A stretch of DNA of 62,199 nt, the filler included, from Sphaerodactylus townsendi (lineage: Eukaryota), in NCBI RefSeq assembly GCF_021028975.2. It is 6 parts of 6 records of this genome, joined end to end, with 100 filler letters (N's around TTAATTAATTAA, not from the genome) between each part and the next. Parts side by side here need not be neighbours in the genome. Positions count along the whole stretch, not along the records: positions 59,205 to 62,199 come from NC_059439.1; 5 more parts are not named here. One strand, given 5' to 3'. Both the position numbers and the translations under genes were made by a program. This document shows, in pieces, positions 60,595 to 62,199 of the stretch. Below the pieces are notes generated by a model that ran no database searches, was not told the DNA's origin, and was given only the letters and a program-made list of their open reading frames with translations. How positions within the stretch are numbered: the stretch's first letter is position 1; every line of letters begins with the position of its first letter.

Positions 60595-61630
60595 CTTGGC
60601 GGGGGGGGGGGCGCCTTATGCGGGCTCGCCAGTCCAGGCAGCCCCCCCCCCCCCGGCCCCAGAGCCCGGCCGAGTCTCACCGGTGTCCCATCCGGCCCTT
60701 GCAGCAAAGGAGCCCGAGCGCCCTGCAGCAGACCACCCCCCCGCCTTGGATGCCGCCCCCGACCACGCATGTCACCCCATGTGCCCCAAAGACCCTCCAC
60801 TCCCAAGCATCCCCGCCCCCCATCGCTCCCCCGGGGCGAGCTGCACATTCCGCATCCACGCCGCCCCTCCCCCAAGGACTGCTGCGGGGGGAGGGGTCTC
60901 CGCAGCAGCTCCCACGTGAGGGAACGGCGGCCGCGCTGGGGGCCCGCCCGGCGGCCCGGGAGTGCCGAGGGGGGCGAGGCCGCGGCGGGCAGGGCAGGCC
61001 GGAGGCTCCGGCGCGGCGAGCGAGGCCCCCGGGGGCCCGGTTCCCATGGCGACGGAGGGGGGCGGGGCCTGGCGGTTGCCGAGCGACGGAGGGGCCTCCC
61101 GCGCGCCTCTTACCGGCTGCTCCGGGCGGGGGGGAGGAGGAGGAGGGGGGCCGGGAGGGGGAGAAGCCGCAGCGGCGTCCGCGGCTCCGCGTCTCTCGCT
61201 CCTTCCTCCTCTCGCCGCTTGTTTGTGTTTGTAACCAAGATGGCCGCCCTCCTCCCGGTCACGTGATGCGGGCGAGCAGGACGGGGAGGGGAGGTCACGT
61301 GCCGGGGAAGGGGGCGGGGCGGGTGCGCACGCGCCGCGCGAGGGGACGACGCCTGCGTACTGCGACGGCGTCCTCTCGCTGACGCGCACGCGCGGGTCTG
61401 CCACGTGACTTTTGTCGCGCACCTCCCCAGAAGAGGCTGGAGGGGGGGGAAATCCGCGCCGTGTCACGTGGTTCCTCCGGACCGCGCCCTCCCCTGTCAC
61501 GTGGCGCCTCACGCTTTCCCACTTTGCTTCGGCCGTCGTGACGTCGAGCGTTTAGGACGTGACGTGTTCTTACCACGCAATGACCTCATCGGTCGACATC
61601 AAGACGGATTGGGTTGCCAACTGCGCGTGG
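60595..61630 (-). promoter_or_regulatory. CpG island promoter and probable non-coding first exon of an unidentified gene transcribed leftwards
   Basis: Very high GC and CpG; YY1 motif AAGATGGCCGCC at 61237-61248; minus-strand donors CCG|GTAAGA (61114/61113) and CCG|GTGAGA (60681/60680); GC box at 61311-61320; five GTCACGTG sites. Confidence 0.8.
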
Positions 61631-61949
61631 GGAAATTCCTGGGAGATTTTGGAGTGGAGGCCATATTCCAGGGCAGCCATTTTCTCCACAGGGTTGGACC
61701 TCAGTGGAGAATCTGGGAGAGCTCCAGGTCCCGGCAGGAGGGTGGCAGCCATAAAGTGTCGCTGCCCTGTGTGGAAATGACCTTGACGTGGCCCTTCTCA
61801 GCCCACCCGCGATGCAGTTCATCAGTCAAAGAGCTGGATAAATGCGCAGTGCCCTTCTCCATACCCTCAAGCACACAGGGCAGTGCCAGGCGTTGCAGCC
61901 TTGGGCCATACTGTCTACCCTACAGGGTTGTTGTGAATATCAAGAAGAG

Positions 61950-62160
61950 CTGTTTTCTTTACCCTACTTAGCTCTACCTTTAAGGAGTCTCAGCATGGCT
62001 TAGAAACTTCTTTCCCTTTCTCTGCCCACAACAGACATCTGGTGGGGCTGAGAGAGTTCTAAGAGAACTGCGCCTGGCCTAAGGCCACCCAGCAGGCTTC
62101 ACATGGAGGAGCGGGGAAACAAATCAGTTCACCAGAGTAGAGTCCACCGTTCATGTGGAG
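61950..62160 (-). mobile_element. Diverged SINE, followed by the start of a hairpin MITE (62161-62199)
   Basis: Reverse-complement similarity to the SINE family (GGTGGGGCTGAGAGAGTTCT...CACCCAGC); CAGGGGTCAGCAACCTGCGGCTCTCCAGATGTTCATGGA matches the MITE arms. Confidence 0.65.
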
Positions 62161-62199
62161 CAGGGGTCAGCAACCTGCGGCTCTCCAGATGTTCATGGA

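Noticed and set aside
60573-61512. Long ORFs across the CpG island, including the plus-strand AAGATGGCC start
   Set aside because: GC-driven open frames; the Kozak-like ATG at 61240 ends after 8 codons (MAALLPVT*) and is better explained as a YY1 site.

Overview
This is vertebrate genomic DNA. Its SINE/LINE/MITE content points to a squamate reptile, probably a gecko (inference). The window is not one locus. It is six unrelated scaffolds joined by an artificial 100-bp linker (44 N + TTAATTAATTAA + 44 N). (1) 1-7806: most coding exons of FURIN (-). (2) 7907-29327: the complete fibrinogen beta gene FGB (-), with a liver-type HNF1/C-EBP promoter and a candidate extra 21-nt micro-exon, head-to-head with the first coding exon of PLRG1 (+). 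(3) 29428-36487: internal exons of NOL9 (+), one with a damaged 5' end. (4) 36588-41367: five internal exons of ACACB (+). (5) 41468-59104: a replication-dependent histone cluster (H3, H2A/H2B, H4, each with stem-loop and HDE). It contains an intronless, disabled PUDP/HDHD1 retrocopy lying head-to-head with H4 and split by a young RTE-group LINE with an intact 713-aa RT ORF, plus a SPIN-type MITE and a decayed CR1. (6) 59205-62199: repeats and a CpG-island promoter rich in GTCACGTG E-boxes, belonging to an unidentified gene. I see no evidence for a wholly new multi-gene system. The best leads are the PUDP retrogene at the H4 promoter, the FGB micro-exon, the horizontally transferred hAT MITEs and the LINE junction structures. 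All gene and repeat-family identifications come from manual translation and recalled homology, not from database searches.
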